Assembly: GCF_006345805.1 (NCBI RefSeq)
Contig: NC_043000.1
Location: 136,276,001-136,340,000 of the forward strand
From: Octopus sinensis
Lineage: Eukaryota
Length of the DNA: 64,000 nucleotides
Direction: 5' to 3'
In this document: piece by piece, positions 63,531-64,000 of the stretch
Numbering within the stretch: position 1 is the stretch's first letter
How the letters are laid out: each line of letters begins with the position of its first letter
Made by a program: the position numbers and the translations under genes
The notes under the pieces: generated by a model
Database searches by the model: none
Told to the model about the DNA's origin: nothing
What the model saw: only the letters and a program-made list of their open reading frames with translations

Positions 63531-63643
63531 ATGTATGTATGTATGTATATATTATAAACAAAAAGAATTACTGGAGTTGATTCATTTGACTAAAAGTTCA
63601 AGGCATGGCCACAGTCTAATGTCTGAAAATAATACAAGATAAA

Positions 63644-63644
<1 letters not shown>

Positions 63645-63687
<43 letters not shown>

Positions 63688-63688
63688 G

Positions 63689-63723
<35 letters not shown>

Positions 63724-63755
63724 TATATGTATCTATATATACATATATATATATG

Positions 63756-63803
<48 letters not shown>

Positions 63804-63837
63804 CATAAATATAAATGTATATATATGTGTGTGTATA

Positions 63838-63880
<43 letters not shown>

Positions 63881-63893
63881 TATATATATATAT

Positions 63894-63932
<39 letters not shown>
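63645..63932. repeat. (TA)n/(TG)n/(TAGA)n microsatellite
   Basis: Direct reading. Confidence 0.97.
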
Positions 63933-64000
63933 TAGTTTTACATGTACATACACACAAAAGGAAATAAAGCAAGGAATCCGAAGAAACAGAAAAATAAAAA

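Overview
AT-rich, repeat-dominated eukaryotic DNA. The SINE families and (TATG)n/(TA)n tracts look like Octopus (inference from recalled repeat families, no database search run). No protein-coding gene can be called with confidence; only a few exon-like segments are visible. The dominant feature is a tandem array of about 13.7 kb (35165-48825) with a 59-bp monomer that runs into a 100-N assembly gap. Each monomer holds a perfect 17-bp palindrome (GGAATGTT-C-AACATTCC) in an almost purely pyrimidine strand, with a 295-bp higher-order repeat and a 5.4-5.8 kb super-repeat. The rest is a layered transposon graveyard: a Ty3/gypsy pol relic, a hAT deletion derivative with 8-bp TSD, two Helitron-like elements, two Chapaev3/CMC-like transposase relics, a mariner derivative, R4/Dong-, RTE- and CR1-like LINE relics, a Penelope-like fragment with a decayed hammerhead core, a nested composite retroposon (56249-57896), about 35 tRNA-derived SINE copies in four or five families, and many microsatellites. 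The long ORFs in the supplied track are artefacts of repeats.
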